A stretch of 64,000 nucleotides of DNA from Vulcanimicrobiota bacterium (GCA_963733295.1 CAVTCS010000003.1:864001-928000), one strand, 5' to 3'; counted from the first letter of the stretch, positions 47,697 through 58,936 are shown. A program made the numbers and translations. The notes: generated by a model not told the origin, from the sequence alone.

Positions 47697-49201
47697 GCCT
47701 GACGGTGGAAGAGGCCCGCGGCCTGCGCGTCGGCGAGGTCGCCTACGAAGCGGTGATCGGGATCGAGTGTCACGTCGAACTCAAGACCGTCACGAAGATG
47801 TTCTGCGGCTGCCTCAACGAGTTCGGCGCCGAACCCAACACCTTGATCTGCCCGGTTTGCCTAGGAATGCCGGGCGCGTTGCCGGTTCCGAATCGGCTCG
47901 CGATCGAGTTGCTCGTGAAGGCCGGTCTGGCATTCGGTTCCGAAATTCCGGCTTTCTCAAAGTTCGATCGTAAGAATTATTTCTATCCGGACATGCCCAA
48001 GAATTACCAGATCTCTCAGTACGACGTTCCGCTCACGCTGGGCGGATCCGTCGCGTACTGGATGCCGGATGGAACGCGGCGCACGTGCCGGCTCACGCGC
48101 ATCCACTTAGAAGAAGACACCGGCAAATCGCTGCACGCCGGTTCCGGCGACGGGCGCATCGCCGGAAGCACGCATTCGCTCGTCGATTTCAACCGGGCCG
48201 GCGTTCCGCTGATGGAGTGCGTTTCGGAGCCCGATATCCAGAGCGCAGCCGAGGCGGTCGCCTACCTCGACGCGCTCAAGCGGACCTTCGTCGCGCTCGG
48301 CGTCAGCGACGTGAAGATGGAGGAGGGCTCGCTGCGCTGCGATGCCAACGTTTCGATCCGTCCGGCCGGCGCGACGGCGCTCGGTACGAAGACCGAGATC
48401 AAGAACATGAACTCGTTCCGCAGCGTCTTTCGCGCGATCGAAAGCGAACTGGCACGGCAAGTCGAGGTTCTCGCGAGCGGCGGCCGCATCGTCCAGGAGA
48501 CGCGCGGCTGGGACGAGACGAGCGGCGTCACGATTTCGCAGCGCAGCAAAGAGCAGGCTCACGACTACCGGTACTTTCCGGATCCCGATCTGACGCCGGT
48601 CGAGTTCGCACCGGAGGACGTGACGCGGCTGCGCGCGGAACTCGGCGAACTCCCGCAAGCGCGGCTCGAGCGTTACATCGAGGGCGACAAGCTCCCGGTT
48701 GCGACGGCGCATCAGATCGTCGACACGCCCGGTATCGGCGCTTTCTACGACGCCGCGGTGCGCGCGAGCGGCGCGCCGCAAGCCAGCGCCAACTTCATCT
48801 TAGGTGAGCTGAGCCGGCTTGCCAACGAAACCGGAACGCCGATCGGCGCCTCGCAAGCCAAACCCGAAGCGCTGGCCGAGGTCGTGCGGCTGAGCGAAGC
48901 GGGGAAGATCAACTCGAAAGTCGCGAAAGATCTGCTCGCGCGCGTTTGGAGCGAGGGTGGATCCCCTGCGGCGATCGTGGAGCGCGAAGGTCTAGCTCAG
49001 GTCAGCGACCTGCCCGCGATCGACGCGTTGATCGCGGCCGTCGCCGCAGAGAACGAGAAAACCGTCGCGGACTACCGCGCCGGAAAAGTCAAAGTCATGG
49101 GGTTTCTCGTCGGCCAAGTGATGAAGCGCAGTCAAGGCAAGGCCAATCCAGCGCTCGCCGAGGAGCGCTTGCGCGCCTACTTGGACGGCAGCGGCTCGTA
49201 G
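47693..49201 (+). CDS. gatB: Asp/Glu-tRNA amidotransferase subunit B
   Basis: GIECHVEL, RKNYFYPD and DYRYFPDPDL. Confidence 0.96.
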   Translation: MSLTVEEARGLRVGEVAYEAVIGIECHVELKTVTKMFCGCLNEFGAEPNTLICPVCLGMPGALPVPNRLAIELLVKAGLAFGSEIPAFSKFDRKNYFYPDMPKNYQISQYDVPLTLGGSVAYWMPDGTRRTCRLTRIHLEEDTGKSLHAGSGDGRIAGSTHSLVDFNRAGVPLMECVSEPDIQSAAEAVAYLDALKRTFVALGVSDVKMEEGSLRCDANVSIRPAGATALGTKTEIKNMNSFRSVFRAIESELARQVEVLASGGRIVQETRGWDETSGVTISQRSKEQAHDYRYFPDPDLTPVEFAPEDVTRLRAELGELPQARLERYIEGDKLPVATAHQIVDTPGIGAFYDAAVRASGAPQASANFILGELSRLANETGTPIGASQAKPEALAEVVRLSEAGKINSKVAKDLLARVWSEGGSPAAIVEREGLAQVSDLPAIDALIAAVAAENEKTVADYRAGKVKVMGFLVGQVMKRSQGKANPALAEERLRAYLDGSGS

Positions 49202-49202
49202 C

Positions 49203-51584
49203 GTGAGCGTGAATTCCCGGCTGACCGACGAGCGCAGCCTCGAGGTGCTCGACTTCGGCGCAATTCGCGCGCTCGTGGCGCGTCACACGATGAGCGAAAG
49301 GGGCGCCCGGCGCGCGCGCGAGTTGAGCCCGACGACCGACCTGTTCGTCGTGCGCGCCGAACAAGCCGCCACGCGCGAAATGCGCGCGATCGCGAGCGAC
49401 GCGGCGTTCGCGCTGCCGCGCACCGCTGAGGTCGGCCCTTCGCTCGCGCGCGCCGAACGCGGCAGTCCGCTCGGTGCAGAAGAGCTCCGCGAGATCGGAA
49501 TTGCGCTCGCCGCTGCGGATGCGGCGGTGCGACGCGTGCGCGGCGCCCACGCTCCCGAACTCGTGCGCCGTGCCGCGGCCGCGAGGCCGTTGCTCGAAAT
49601 CGCGGCGGCGATCGATCGCGCCGTCGGCGAGCGCGGCGAAGTGCTCGATCGTGCTTCGCCGGCGCTGGCGCGTCTGCGCCGGAACGCGACGCTCGCGCAG
49701 GACGAAGCGCGCGATCGTTGCCAGGCGATTTTGCGTGCACCTCGTTTCGCGAAGGCGATTCAGGAATCGATCGTCACGACCCGCGAAGGACGTTTCGTCA
49801 TCCCGGTCAAGGTCGAATTTGCGGGCGCCGTTCCCGGCGTGGTGCACGATACCTCGTCGAGCGGGCACACGCTCTTCGTCGAGCCGCTCGACGCGCTCGA
49901 CGTCAACAACCGGTTGCGAACCCTGCGCATCGAGGAGGAGCGCGAGGTCGCGCGGATCCTGGCCGAACTTTCGGCGCTGGTCGGGCGGCACGCGCAGCAG
50001 GCTGAAACCAACCTCGAGATTCTGGCCGACATCGATCTGGTCTTAGCGCGGGCGCGCGTCGCCGAAGAGATGAAGGCCGTTTCACCGCGCGTGCTCGACG
50101 CGGCGCGAATCGAGCTACGGGACGGCCGCCATCCGCTGCTCGGCGAGCGGGCGGTCCCGCAATCGCTCGTCTTGGACGACGAGACGCACTTTATCGTGAT
50201 CAGCGGACCGAACATGGGCGGGAAAACGGTGGCGCTCAAGATGCTCGGTCTGTTCGTCGCGATGACCTACTGTGGGCTGCAGATTCCGGCCGGCGAGGGC
50301 GCCGCGATCGGCGGCTTCGAAGATTTAGGTTGCGACATCGGCGACGAACAGTCGATCGTCGAAAACGCTTCCACGTTCTCCGCGCACTTGCGGCGAATGC
50401 GTGCGATCGTCGAACGGGCCGGCCCGCGTTCGCTCGTGCTGGTCGATGAAATCGCGGGCGGCACGGAGCCGGCAGCCGGCGCCGCGCTTGCGATCGCGCT
50501 CCTCGAGAATCTCTTGGCGAGCGGAGCGCACGGAGTCGTCACGACGCACGCGACCGAGATCAAGCTGTTCGCGCATGCGACGCCCGGCATTCGCAACGCG
50601 AGCGTGCGCTTCGATCCGCAAACCTACGCGCCGACCTACGAGCTGGATCTCGGAACGCCCGGGCAGTCGCTGGCGTTTCCGCTGGCGCGCTCGCTCGGCC
50701 TCGACCCGTCGCTGGTCGAACGCGCCGAACAGTTGCTCGAACAAAACGAACGCGACTACGATAAGGCTCTGAGCGAACTGGTCGAGATCCGCTCGCAAGC
50801 CGCGACCGAACGCGACGCCGTGCGCGCCGAGCGCTCGCGCTTAGCCGGACTCGAAGCCGCGGCGCGGGAGCGGAACGATGCGCTCGAACGAGAGCGGCGC
50901 AGCCTGGCGAGTCAAGCGGAAACGCGTCTCTCGCGCGCCTTGCGGGAATTTTCCGCGGAGCTCGAGCGCCGTCACGAGGGCCGTCCCGGGCGCGCGCGCA
51001 TCACCCCCGGACAGGCGACGTTGCTCGAGCGCGTCCTGAACGAAGTCCATTCCGATCTCGGCCTGAGCCCGCTGCGAATCGAAGAGACGGTTCCGGCCGC
51101 GCCCGCTTCCAAGCGCGCCATCGCGGTCGGCGACGCGGTGTTCGTGCCCTCGCTCGGAACCGACGGCAACGTCGTCGACGACTACGGCGACAACGTGTTG
51201 ATCGCGGTCGGCGCGATGAAAACGGTCGTACCAAAAGCGCAGGTCCGGCCGCGCGAAGCGCCGGAAACCTCCCCGCGCGGAAGCGCACCGGCGCGCGCCG
51301 CTTCGCGCGTCGGAGCGAACTCGCTCGACGCCGCGGCACGAACGCAAAGCGAGTTCGACGTGCGCGGCCGGCGCTTCGTCGAGGCCGAGCCGCTCGTCGA
51401 GAAGTGGATCGATGCCGCCGCGCTGGCCGGGCTCTCGCCCCTGCGCCTGATTCACGGCAAGGGTACGGGATTGCTCGGACGCGGCTTGCAGGAGGCGTTG
51501 GCGAAAAACGCCGCGGTGCGTGCGTACCGGTACGGTAACGCGGACGAGGGCGGCGGCGGCGTCACCGTGATCGAACTGAAATGA
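49203..51584 (+). CDS. mutS2: MutS2 with C-terminal Smr domain
   Basis: SGPNMGGKT, STFSAH and IHGKGTG. Confidence 0.92.
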   Translation: MSVNSRLTDERSLEVLDFGAIRALVARHTMSERGARRARELSPTTDLFVVRAEQAATREMRAIASDAAFALPRTAEVGPSLARAERGSPLGAEELREIGIALAAADAAVRRVRGAHAPELVRRAAAARPLLEIAAAIDRAVGERGEVLDRASPALARLRRNATLAQDEARDRCQAILRAPRFAKAIQESIVTTREGRFVIPVKVEFAGAVPGVVHDTSSSGHTLFVEPLDALDVNNRLRTLRIEEEREVARILAELSALVGRHAQQAETNLEILADIDLVLARARVAEEMKAVSPRVLDAARIELRDGRHPLLGERAVPQSLVLDDETHFIVISGPNMGGKTVALKMLGLFVAMTYCGLQIPAGEGAAIGGFEDLGCDIGDEQSIVENASTFSAHLRRMRAIVERAGPRSLVLVDEIAGGTEPAAGAALAIALLENLLASGAHGVVTTHATEIKLFAHATPGIRNASVRFDPQTYAPTYELDLGTPGQSLAFPLARSLGLDPSLVERAEQLLEQNERDYDKALSELVEIRSQAATERDAVRAERSRLAGLEAAARERNDALERERRSLASQAETRLSRALREFSAELERRHEGRPGRARITPGQATLLERVLNEVHSDLGLSPLRIEETVPAAPASKRAIAVGDAVFVPSLGTDGNVVDDYGDNVLIAVGAMKTVVPKAQVRPREAPETSPRGSAPARAASRVGANSLDAAARTQSEFDVRGRRFVEAEPLVEKWIDAAALAGLSPLRLIHGKGTGLLGRGLQEALAKNAAVRAYRYGNADEGGGGVTVIELK

Positions 51585-52792
51585 CCGTCGCGGCGCGCGA
51601 TCAAGCCGCGATTCTCGTGGAAGGTTGCGACCACGTCGAAACGCGCTCGGAGCTCGAAGCGCGCCTCGCGGCGGCCGAACGCTTGACGGTCAAACTCGGA
51701 ATAGATCCGACCGGAGCGTTCTTGCATCTCGGCCACGCGGTCGTCTTACACAAGATGCAGCAGTTCGTCGAATTCGGGCACCGCGTGATCTTGCTGATCG
51801 GGGACTTCACCGTTCGGATCGGCGACCCGACGGGACGCGACGAGACGCGTCCGCCGCTCAGCGATGAAGCGATCGCGCAAAACATGCGCGACTATCGCGA
51901 ACAGGCCGGCAAGGTGCTCGATCTCGAGCGCATCGAGGTGATGTACAACTCGGCTTGGCTGGCAAAGCTGTCGATGTCCGATCTGATCGGCTTGATGTCG
52001 CGGACGACCGTGGCGCAGATGCTGGCGCGCAACGACTTCGCGCTGCGCTACGCCGAAGGCACGCCGATCGCGCTGCACGAGTTCCTCTACCCTATCGCGC
52101 AAGCCTACGACAGCGTGGCGATGCGCGCCGGCGTCGAACTGGGCGGATCCGATCAGCTCTTCAACCTCTTGGTGGGACGCGCGTACCAAGAGCACGCCGG
52201 TCAAACGAAACAGATCTGCATGACGACTCCGATTCTCGAGGGAACCGACGGAGTGATCCGGATGGGAAAATCTCGCGGAAACTACATCGGATTGACCGAG
52301 CCGGCCCCGGAGCAGTTCGGAAAGTTGATGAGCATCCCGGACGAGATGATCCCGCGCTATGCCGCACTCGCGGCGTTCCGCTCGCAAGCTTCGGTCGATG
52401 CGCTGGTTGCCGGTTTAGCGGCGGGCAACGTTCATCCCATGGCTGCGAAGAAAGAGCTTGCCGAAGAGATCGTATCGCGCTACCATGGCGCGGCCGCCGC
52501 GCGGGCCGCTCGCGAGCGCTTCGAGGCGACCGTGCAGCGCGGCGAGTTGCCGGCAGACATTCCGGAGATGAAAGTCGATGGTGCGCGCAGCTTGGCCGAC
52601 GTGCTGGTCGCGGTCGGATTCGCGCAGAGCAAACGCGAAGCCCAGCGTGCGATCGAGAGCGGCAGCGTCCGGCTCGACGGCGTGCCGGCGCGCGATGCGC
52701 GCCAGGTTTGGAGCGCGAGCGCGCCGGTCATCCTCGCATTCGGAACGCGCCGCTTCGTCCGCATCCTGCCGAACCGTCAAGGAGAAACGTGA
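51581..52792 (+). CDS. tyrS: Tyrosine--tRNA ligase
   Basis: GIDPT..LHLGH, GGSDQLFN, RMGKS and S4-like tail. Confidence 0.95.
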   Translation: MTVAARDQAAILVEGCDHVETRSELEARLAAAERLTVKLGIDPTGAFLHLGHAVVLHKMQQFVEFGHRVILLIGDFTVRIGDPTGRDETRPPLSDEAIAQNMRDYREQAGKVLDLERIEVMYNSAWLAKLSMSDLIGLMSRTTVAQMLARNDFALRYAEGTPIALHEFLYPIAQAYDSVAMRAGVELGGSDQLFNLLVGRAYQEHAGQTKQICMTTPILEGTDGVIRMGKSRGNYIGLTEPAPEQFGKLMSIPDEMIPRYAALAAFRSQASVDALVAGLAAGNVHPMAAKKELAEEIVSRYHGAAAARAARERFEATVQRGELPADIPEMKVDGARSLADVLVAVGFAQSKREAQRAIESGSVRLDGVPARDARQVWSASAPVILAFGTRRFVRILPNRQGET

Positions 52793-53001
52793 GTCGACAT
52801 TCCGACGCGCCTTCGCCGCCCGTCAAGACATACACCCCGCGGCCGCCGATCGCAGGCCCGACGCTAACTTGCCGCCGCTGCGGACGGGTCGATGCGTTTC
52901 CGCAACCCGGCGGACCTCCGGTTCGCTGCGAGTGCGGCTGGTGGTACGTGAACCGCGACGGCCGGATCGAGGAGCACTTCAAGTCGCGGATCGGCGAGTA
53001 A
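52789..53001 (+). CDS. Small putative zinc-ribbon protein (70 aa)
   Basis: AAGGAG + GTG overlapping tyrS stop; CRRC...CECGWWY. Confidence 0.6.
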   Translation: MSRHSDAPSPPVKTYTPRPPIAGPTLTCRRCGRVDAFPQPGGPPVRCECGWWYVNRDGRIEEHFKSRIGE

Positions 53002-53818
53002 GCTCCTCGCTAAGCTCCCACAGCCGTGCCGCGAGCTGCGGGTCGTCGGCGAGCGGGTTGTTCGGCGCGAGGCGCGAGCGCGCGAAGTAGGCGCCGCTGA
53101 TATTCGAGAGCTCGGGCGCGGTAGCGACGTAGAGCGGGGTTTCCGCGCCGCGTTGCGGACCCTGGGCGAACAGCGTGTACGTCTTCCAGCCGAGCGAAAT
53201 CACGCCGCCGACGTCGGCGATACCGGTGCGCGTGAGACCTGGATGGGCCGCGTTGACCGTGACTCCGGGCTCCAGACGCCGCGCCAGTTCCTTCGTGAAG
53301 AGCAGGTTCGCCAGTTTCGAACGGCCGTAGGTTCCGCGCAGGTCGTAGCGCGCCGTCGACGCGCTCGCGACGACGTCTTTGCCGGCGCGCAAGTGCGAGG
53401 ACGAATTGACGTTGACGATGCGCGCCGGAGCGTTCGCGCGCAGGACGTCGAGGAGCGAGTTCGTCAGCAAAAACGGCGCCAGGTGGTTGACCGCGAAAAC
53501 GAGCTCGACGCCGTCGACCGTCATGACGCGCTTCGCCGAGAACAGGCCGGCGTTGTTGACCAGCAGCGAGAGTCGCGGAAAACGCGTTCGCACCTCGGCC
53601 GCCAAGCGCCGCACCTCGACCTGCGACGACAAGTCGGCTGCGGCGCCCGCAAATCTGCCGGCCGGGAAGCGCTCGCGTAACGCCGCTAGGGCGGACTCCA
53701 TCTTCGAGAGCTCTCGTGCGTGGACGACGACCTCGTAGTCGCGTTCGGCCAAACCGAGTGCGATGAAGAAGCCGATGCCGCGGTTGGCACCCGTTACGAG
53801 CGCCGTTCCCGCGCTCAC
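52979..53818 (-). CDS. SDR oxidoreductase (retinol dehydrogenase-like)
   Basis: TGANRGIG, NNAG and YGRSK. Confidence 0.9.
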   Translation of the reverse strand: MSAGTALVTGANRGIGFFIALGLAERDYEVVVHARELSKMESALAALRERFPAGRFAGAAADLSSQVEVRRLAAEVRTRFPRLSLLVNNAGLFSAKRVMTVDGVELVFAVNHLAPFLLTNSLLDVLRANAPARIVNVNSSSHLRAGKDVVASASTARYDLRGTYGRSKLANLLFTKELARRLEPGVTVNAAHPGLTRTGIADVGGVISLGWKTYTLFAQGPQRGAETPLYVATAPELSNISGAYFARSRLAPNNPLADDPQLAARLWELSEELTRRSAT

Positions 53819-54711
53819 CCCGAGCGGGCTTCGAGCCGCGCGATCAGATTCTCGACTTCGGGCAGCGAGAGCACGTAGCGCTTCTTGCAGAACTCGCAGA
53901 TCGCTTCGGCGTGCTGCTGCTCGCTGTGGATCTTACGAAGTTCGTCGAGTCCGAGGGCCAAGAGCGCCGCCTCGACGCGCTGCCGGTTGCAGCGGCAGCG
54001 GAAGACGAGCTCGTGCTCGCCCAAGAAGCGCAGCTCGAGCGGTTCGGCGAGCGTTCGCGCCAGGTCCTCGGGACTTGCGCCCGCGGCGATTTGGGAGGTG
54101 ATCGGTAACATCGCCCGGGCGTTTTGCTCGAGACGGGCGATCGTCCGTTCGTCCGCTCCGGGTTTGACTTGGGCGATCGCGCCCCCGGCGGTTTTGATGC
54201 CTTGAGGGTTTGCCAGAACGCCTAACGCGACGACGCTTGGAATCTGCGCCGACTCGGCCAGATACGCCGCGAGATCTTCGCCGATCTCGCCGCTCCGCAG
54301 TTCGACGATACCGACGTATGGTTGACCGACCTCGAACGAGCGCGTCACCTGAAGCCGCCCCTTCCCGACCGCGGTGCCGACGTCGAACTTCCCATTCGCA
54401 TTGAGCGGGACGTCGACGTCGGGTCGATGCGCGTAACCCCGGGTGAGAATTGCACCCGACGGATCGAGACCAATATCGGCGACGAGGCCGCGCAGCGGGC
54501 CGTCGCTCGCGATCTGGAGGGAAAGACGTTCGCGGCCCTTGAGGCCGGCACCGAGCAGCGCTCCGCCGGTCATCAGGCGGCCGAGCGCGGCGCTCGCGGT
54601 CGGAAACAGGTGATGGCGCGCCTGAGCTTCGCGCACGAGTTCGGTGGAGGTGCCCGCTACGATCGAAAAGCTCCCGTCGGCGGCGCTGGCGCTTACGATC
54701 CGGTCGGGCAT
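53815..54711 (-). CDS. hslO: Hsp33 chaperone
   Basis: GEIGEDLAAYL.SAQIPS; CRC...CEFC zinc motif. Confidence 0.92.
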   Translation of the reverse strand: MPDRIVSASAADGSFSIVAGTSTELVREAQARHHLFPTASAALGRLMTGGALLGAGLKGRERLSLQIASDGPLRGLVADIGLDPSGAILTRGYAHRPDVDVPLNANGKFDVGTAVGKGRLQVTRSFEVGQPYVGIVELRSGEIGEDLAAYLAESAQIPSVVALGVLANPQGIKTAGGAIAQVKPGADERTIARLEQNARAMLPITSQIAAGASPEDLARTLAEPLELRFLGEHELVFRCRCNRQRVEAALLALGLDELRKIHSEQQHAEAICEFCKKRYVLSLPEVENLIARLEARSG

Positions 54712-54762
54712 CGCTGCGCAGTTTCCGAGGGCGAGCGCTTTTCCTCCACGAACGCCGCGCAC

Positions 54763-55197
54763 GTGAACGTACTCGTGATCCACGGGCCTAACTTGAATTT
54801 GCTCGGGACTCGCGAGCCGGCGACGTACGGTACTTTGAGCCTCGAGGAGGTCGACGCCCTGATCGCGCGCGAGGCCGAAACGCTCGGCCTCAAGGTCAGC
54901 TGCGTGCAGTTCAACTCGGAGGGTGCCATCGTGGACGCCCTCCACGCCGCGCGCGGAGAGTATGGGGGAATCGTTATCAATCCCGGCGCGTTTACCCATT
55001 ATGCCTATGCCGTACGTGACGCCATTGCGGCGGTGGGCATTCCCACGGTCGAGGTGCACCTCACCAACACGAGCGCGCGAGAACCCTTCCGGGAAACGAG
55101 CGTCGTGGCGGCCGTTTGCCGAGGCACCATCTCCGGATTCGGAGCCGACTCCTACCGCCTCGCGCTGCGCGCGCTCGCAAATGTGCGCCAAGTGTGA
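54763..55197 (+). CDS. aroQ: Type II 3-dehydroquinate dehydratase
   Basis: HGPNLNLLGTREP..YG, INPGAFTH and EVHLTN. Confidence 0.95.
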   Translation: MNVLVIHGPNLNLLGTREPATYGTLSLEEVDALIAREAETLGLKVSCVQFNSEGAIVDALHAARGEYGGIVINPGAFTHYAYAVRDAIAAVGIPTVEVHLTNTSAREPFRETSVVAAVCRGTISGFGADSYRLALRALANVRQV

Positions 55198-55363
55198 GGC
55201 GCAAACCCGCATGGGCTTTAGATTTTTTAGGCTTTTGGGGGAGGAGGGCCGTGGGCGTCTGCAAATTAGGCCGTTGATGCGGGGTGCGGTTCTTTTCTAG
55301 CACCGCCGCACGAGCGCCGTTGCAGTACGAGTGTCAGCACTCGTTTTGTTTGGAGATTATACT

Positions 55364-55669
55364 TTGACAAAAGCCGAACTAGTCGATGCCTTGGCGGAAG
55401 AGGCGGAGCTCTCGAAGCGCCAAGTCGGTGAACTGGTCGATCTGTTGCTGGACGAAATAAAAAACGCATTGCAGAAGGGCGACAAAGTCCAGCTCATTCC
55501 ATTTGGGAGTTTCGTCGTCCGCGAGCGCAAGCGGCGCGAAGGACGCAACCCGAAGACCGGAGCGAAGCTCGTGATCCCCGCCCGGCGCGTGCCGGCCTTC
55601 AGTGCCGGCAAGGGGTTGCGCGACGCCGTGGGCGGTGCGAAGAAGAAAGCCACCGCGAAGAAGCGCTGA
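55364..55669 (+). CDS. hup: HU family DNA-binding protein with basic tail
   Basis: TKAELV, FGSF and GRNPKTG; TTG start after GGAG. Confidence 0.92.
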   Translation: MTKAELVDALAEEAELSKRQVGELVDLLLDEIKNALQKGDKVQLIPFGSFVVRERKRREGRNPKTGAKLVIPARRVPAFSAGKGLRDAVGGAKKKATAKKR

Positions 55670-55699
55670 CCGGCCGCGCGTGCCCAGAATGCGATCGAT

Positions 55700-55732
55700 G
55701 AGAAGCGCCGTCTAGCGGCGCTTTTCGTCTTT
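55700..55732 (+). terminator. Intrinsic terminator after hup
   Basis: AAGCGCCG/CGGCGCTT stem + T-rich tail. Confidence 0.65.
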
Positions 55733-55850
55733 CGCGCGACTCCGCGGCATCGCAACGAGCTGCGCGCACGGGCGTCAGCTTGCGCGCACACTCTTTGCCG
55801 TGCTTGCAGAGGTGCGGGCGCAGCCGGACCAAAAGGCTCGGGAGCGGCGT

Positions 55851-55924
55851 CGGGCAGTGGCGCAGCTTGGTAGCGCACCAGACTGGGGGTCTGGGGGTCG
55901 CAGGTTCAAATCCTGTCTGCCCGA
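55851..55924 (+). tRNA. tRNA-Pro(GGG)
   Basis: CCAGA-CTGGGGG-TCTGG anticodon arm; GGTTCAAATCC. Confidence 0.93.
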
Positions 55925-55948
55925 TTGATTGGCGCACTCAACGAGCGC

Positions 55949-55992
55949 GAGAAGAAGCCGGCCGGCCCGGGCGCCATGCCGGCTTCTTCTTT
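55949..55992 (+). terminator. Hairpin/terminator after tRNA-Pro
   Basis: AGAAGAAGCCGGC/GCCGGCTTCTTCT inverted repeat. Confidence 0.65.
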
Positions 55993-55997
55993 AGTAG

Positions 55998-58878
55998 ATG
56001 AACCGCTCGAAGCGACGCACTCAGAGCAACCGCACATCGCTGCGCCGCAGGTCCGCGGGCACGCGGACCCGGCCCCGGGTTGGGCGAAAGCAGGCGACCG
56101 TGGAAGTTCAGGCCGAGGTTAGGACGCCCGGGCCGCTGCCGACAGGGACGGTCACTTTTCTATTCAGCGATATCGAGGGAAGCACTCAGCGCTGGGAGCG
56201 CGATCGCAGCGCGATGCAGGACGCTGTGCGACGCCACGACGCGCTGGTGCGAACCGCGATCGACGAAAACGGCGGCTTCATCTTCAAAACGATCGGCGAC
56301 GCATTTTGCGCCGTCTTCGCGCGCCCCGAAGATGCGGTCGTTGCGGCCCTTGCGGTGCAGCGCGCGATCTCGCACGAAGACTTCTCTGCGATCGGCGGGA
56401 TCCTCGTGCGCATCGCGCTTCACACCGGAACGAGCGAGGAGCGCGACGGCGACTATTTCGGCCCGACCGTGAACCGCGTGGCGCGCCTTCTCGCGATCGG
56501 CCACGGCGGCCAAGTGCTCGTCTCGGGCGTGACGACCGATCTCATCCAAGGGACTCTTCCGGCGCAGGCCACGCTGCAAGATCTCGGCGCGCACCGACTC
56601 AAGGACCTGACGCTCCCAGAGCAGGTGTACCAGCTGCTCGCGCCCGGTTTGCGGCGCGAGTTTCCAGCGCTCCGTTCGCTCGAGTCGCTGCCGAACAACC
56701 TGCCGCTGCAGCTGACCTCATTCGTCGGCCGCGATCAGGAGGTCGCCGAAATCGAGGCGCTCTTGAGTAAGCATCGCGTCGTGACGCTCGTCGGCTCGGG
56801 TGGCGTCGGCAAGACGCGCGCCTCGCTTCAAGTCGGCGCGAACGTCCTCGATGGTTCGGGCGATGGCGTCTGGTTCGTCGAACTGGCGCCGCTCTCCGAT
56901 TCGGCCTTCGTGCCGAACGCGGTTGCGACGGCGCTCGGAATCGAGCTTCCGCCGGGCGGCGAACCGCTCGCCGCGCTGACGACGGCGTTGAAGACGAAAA
57001 ACCTGGTGCTCATCCTCGACAATTGCGAGCACCTCGTCGCGGCCGCGGCGCGCGTCGCGGACGCGCTCGTACGTGCTTGTCCGAAGGTCGTGATCCTCGC
57101 CTCGAGCCGGCAAGGGCTCGGAATCGCCGGTGAAGCCACGTACCGCATGCCTTCGCTGCAAGTCCCGGAGGGCGGCAGCGCCGCGCGGCTCAGTGCGGCG
57201 GACGCGAAGCGCTTCGACTCGATCGCGCTCTTCGTCGAGCGCGCGCAGGCGGCCGATCCTCACTTTGTCCTGAGCGACGAGAACGCGCCGGCGGTCGCCG
57301 ACATCTGCCGCCGGCTCGACGGAATCGCGTTCGCCGTCGAGCTCGCCGCCGCCAGGGTCCGCATGCTGTCGCCGCAGCAATTGCAGCGGCGGCTCGACGA
57401 ACGTTTTCGCATCCTTACCGGAGGAAGCCGCACCGCGCTGCCACGCCAGCAGACGCTGCGCGCGCTCGTGGACTGGAGCTACGATCTGCTCGACGAACGA
57501 GAGCGGGCGCTCTTCCGGCGCGTCGGAATATTCCTCGACGGTTTCAGCATCGAGGCCGCCGTTGCCGTCTGCGCCGATGCTTCGTTCGATGAGCTTGACG
57601 TGTTCGACGTCCTCGCCTCGCTCGTCGACAAGTCGCTGGTCGTCGCCGAACTGAGCGGCGCGGCCACGCGCTACCGCTTGCTCGAATCGACCCGGGCGTA
57701 TGCTCTTGAAAAGCTCGTCGCGTCGAACGAACGGGATCAACTCGCCGAACGACACTTGGTGTATTTCAGCGAGATGCTCGAGCGGGCACGGGTTGCCTCC
57801 GATGCGCTCGCGATCGATCCCTTTGTAAGCCTGCGGCCCGATCTGGAGAACGTGCGCGCCGCAATCGCAAACTCGATCAACGGCGGAGACGTTCGTCTCG
57901 GCACCGCGGCCGCGATTGTCGCGAACCGCAGTACCTACTTCCCTTCCACGGAATGCCTCGGCTGGCTCGAAAGCCTGCTGCCGCAGCTCGACCCGGGAGA
58001 GGTTGCGCCTCCGGGCGCAGTGCATGGGGATCATCGCTGCCCTATTCGGGCAGTTGGGTCTCAGCGCGCGAAGCGGCGAGATTGCTGAGGAGGCGTTACG
58101 AACGGCACGAGCGTCGGGCGACGATGCGACGGTGTTCGACGCTCTGCTCAGTCAATCGATGCTTTTTCGCCGCGCCGAGTCGCTTGGAAGAAGCGATGGC
58201 GTTGGCCCGGGAGGCGGAGAAACTTTTGCCGAGCGCCGCAACGCCGCTGCGGCGGGTGCGTTTCCTTGAGAGGCGTGGTGTTACGGCGGGGTTGTCGGGC
58301 GATCTCGCTGCCGCCGTGCGCGATTTCGAAGATATGCGAACCTTGTGCCGTTCGCTCGGAAACGAGGAAGAGGCGCGAAAGCGGTTTGCCAATTTCGCGG
58401 AATTCGAACACTTCCGCGGCAACACCAACCGCGCCATTGAAATCGCGCAGGAGACGGTAGCGGTTTTGCGACGCGCCGGCGATAAGGAACGGGTTGGTCA
58501 ATATCTACGCCAACTTGGCGGGATATTTCGTTGCCTCCGACAGGATCGCCGACGGGACGCGCCACGGCCGCGGAAACGCTTCGCACGTGCGTCGATCCCA
58601 ATAGCCTATTCGTCGCTATCGCCCTCGAGCATTCGGCCTTGGCTTTCGCGATCGAAGGCGATCTCGCGCGAGCGGCGAGATTCGCCGGGTTCGCAGAAGC
58701 GGCGTTCGCAAAGAGAGCGTTTCATCGCGAGATTACCGAGCAGAGAACGCACGAGCGGTTGGTCTGTCTGCTCGCAGAAATGCCGGAGGAGGAGCGGGCA
58801 GCCGCATACGCCGAGGGCGCTGCCCTCTCACCCGAAGCGGCGATCGACGAGGCGCTGCCGCTCCTCGCCGCCTCGTAG
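55998..58878 (+). CDS. Class III adenylate/guanylate cyclase + STAND (NB-ARC-like) ATPase + TPR-like protein; 3' part frameshifted
   Basis: TFLFSDIEGST, IGDAF, GPTVNRVAR, GSGGVGKT, LDNCEH and RQQTLRA; helical tail continues in shifted frames to AYAEGAALSPEAAI. Confidence 0.85.
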
Positions 58879-58936
58879 CGGGCGCAGATCACCGCGCCTC
58901 GATTCCGAGGTGTGAGCCACGTCTCTAAGACTTCGT

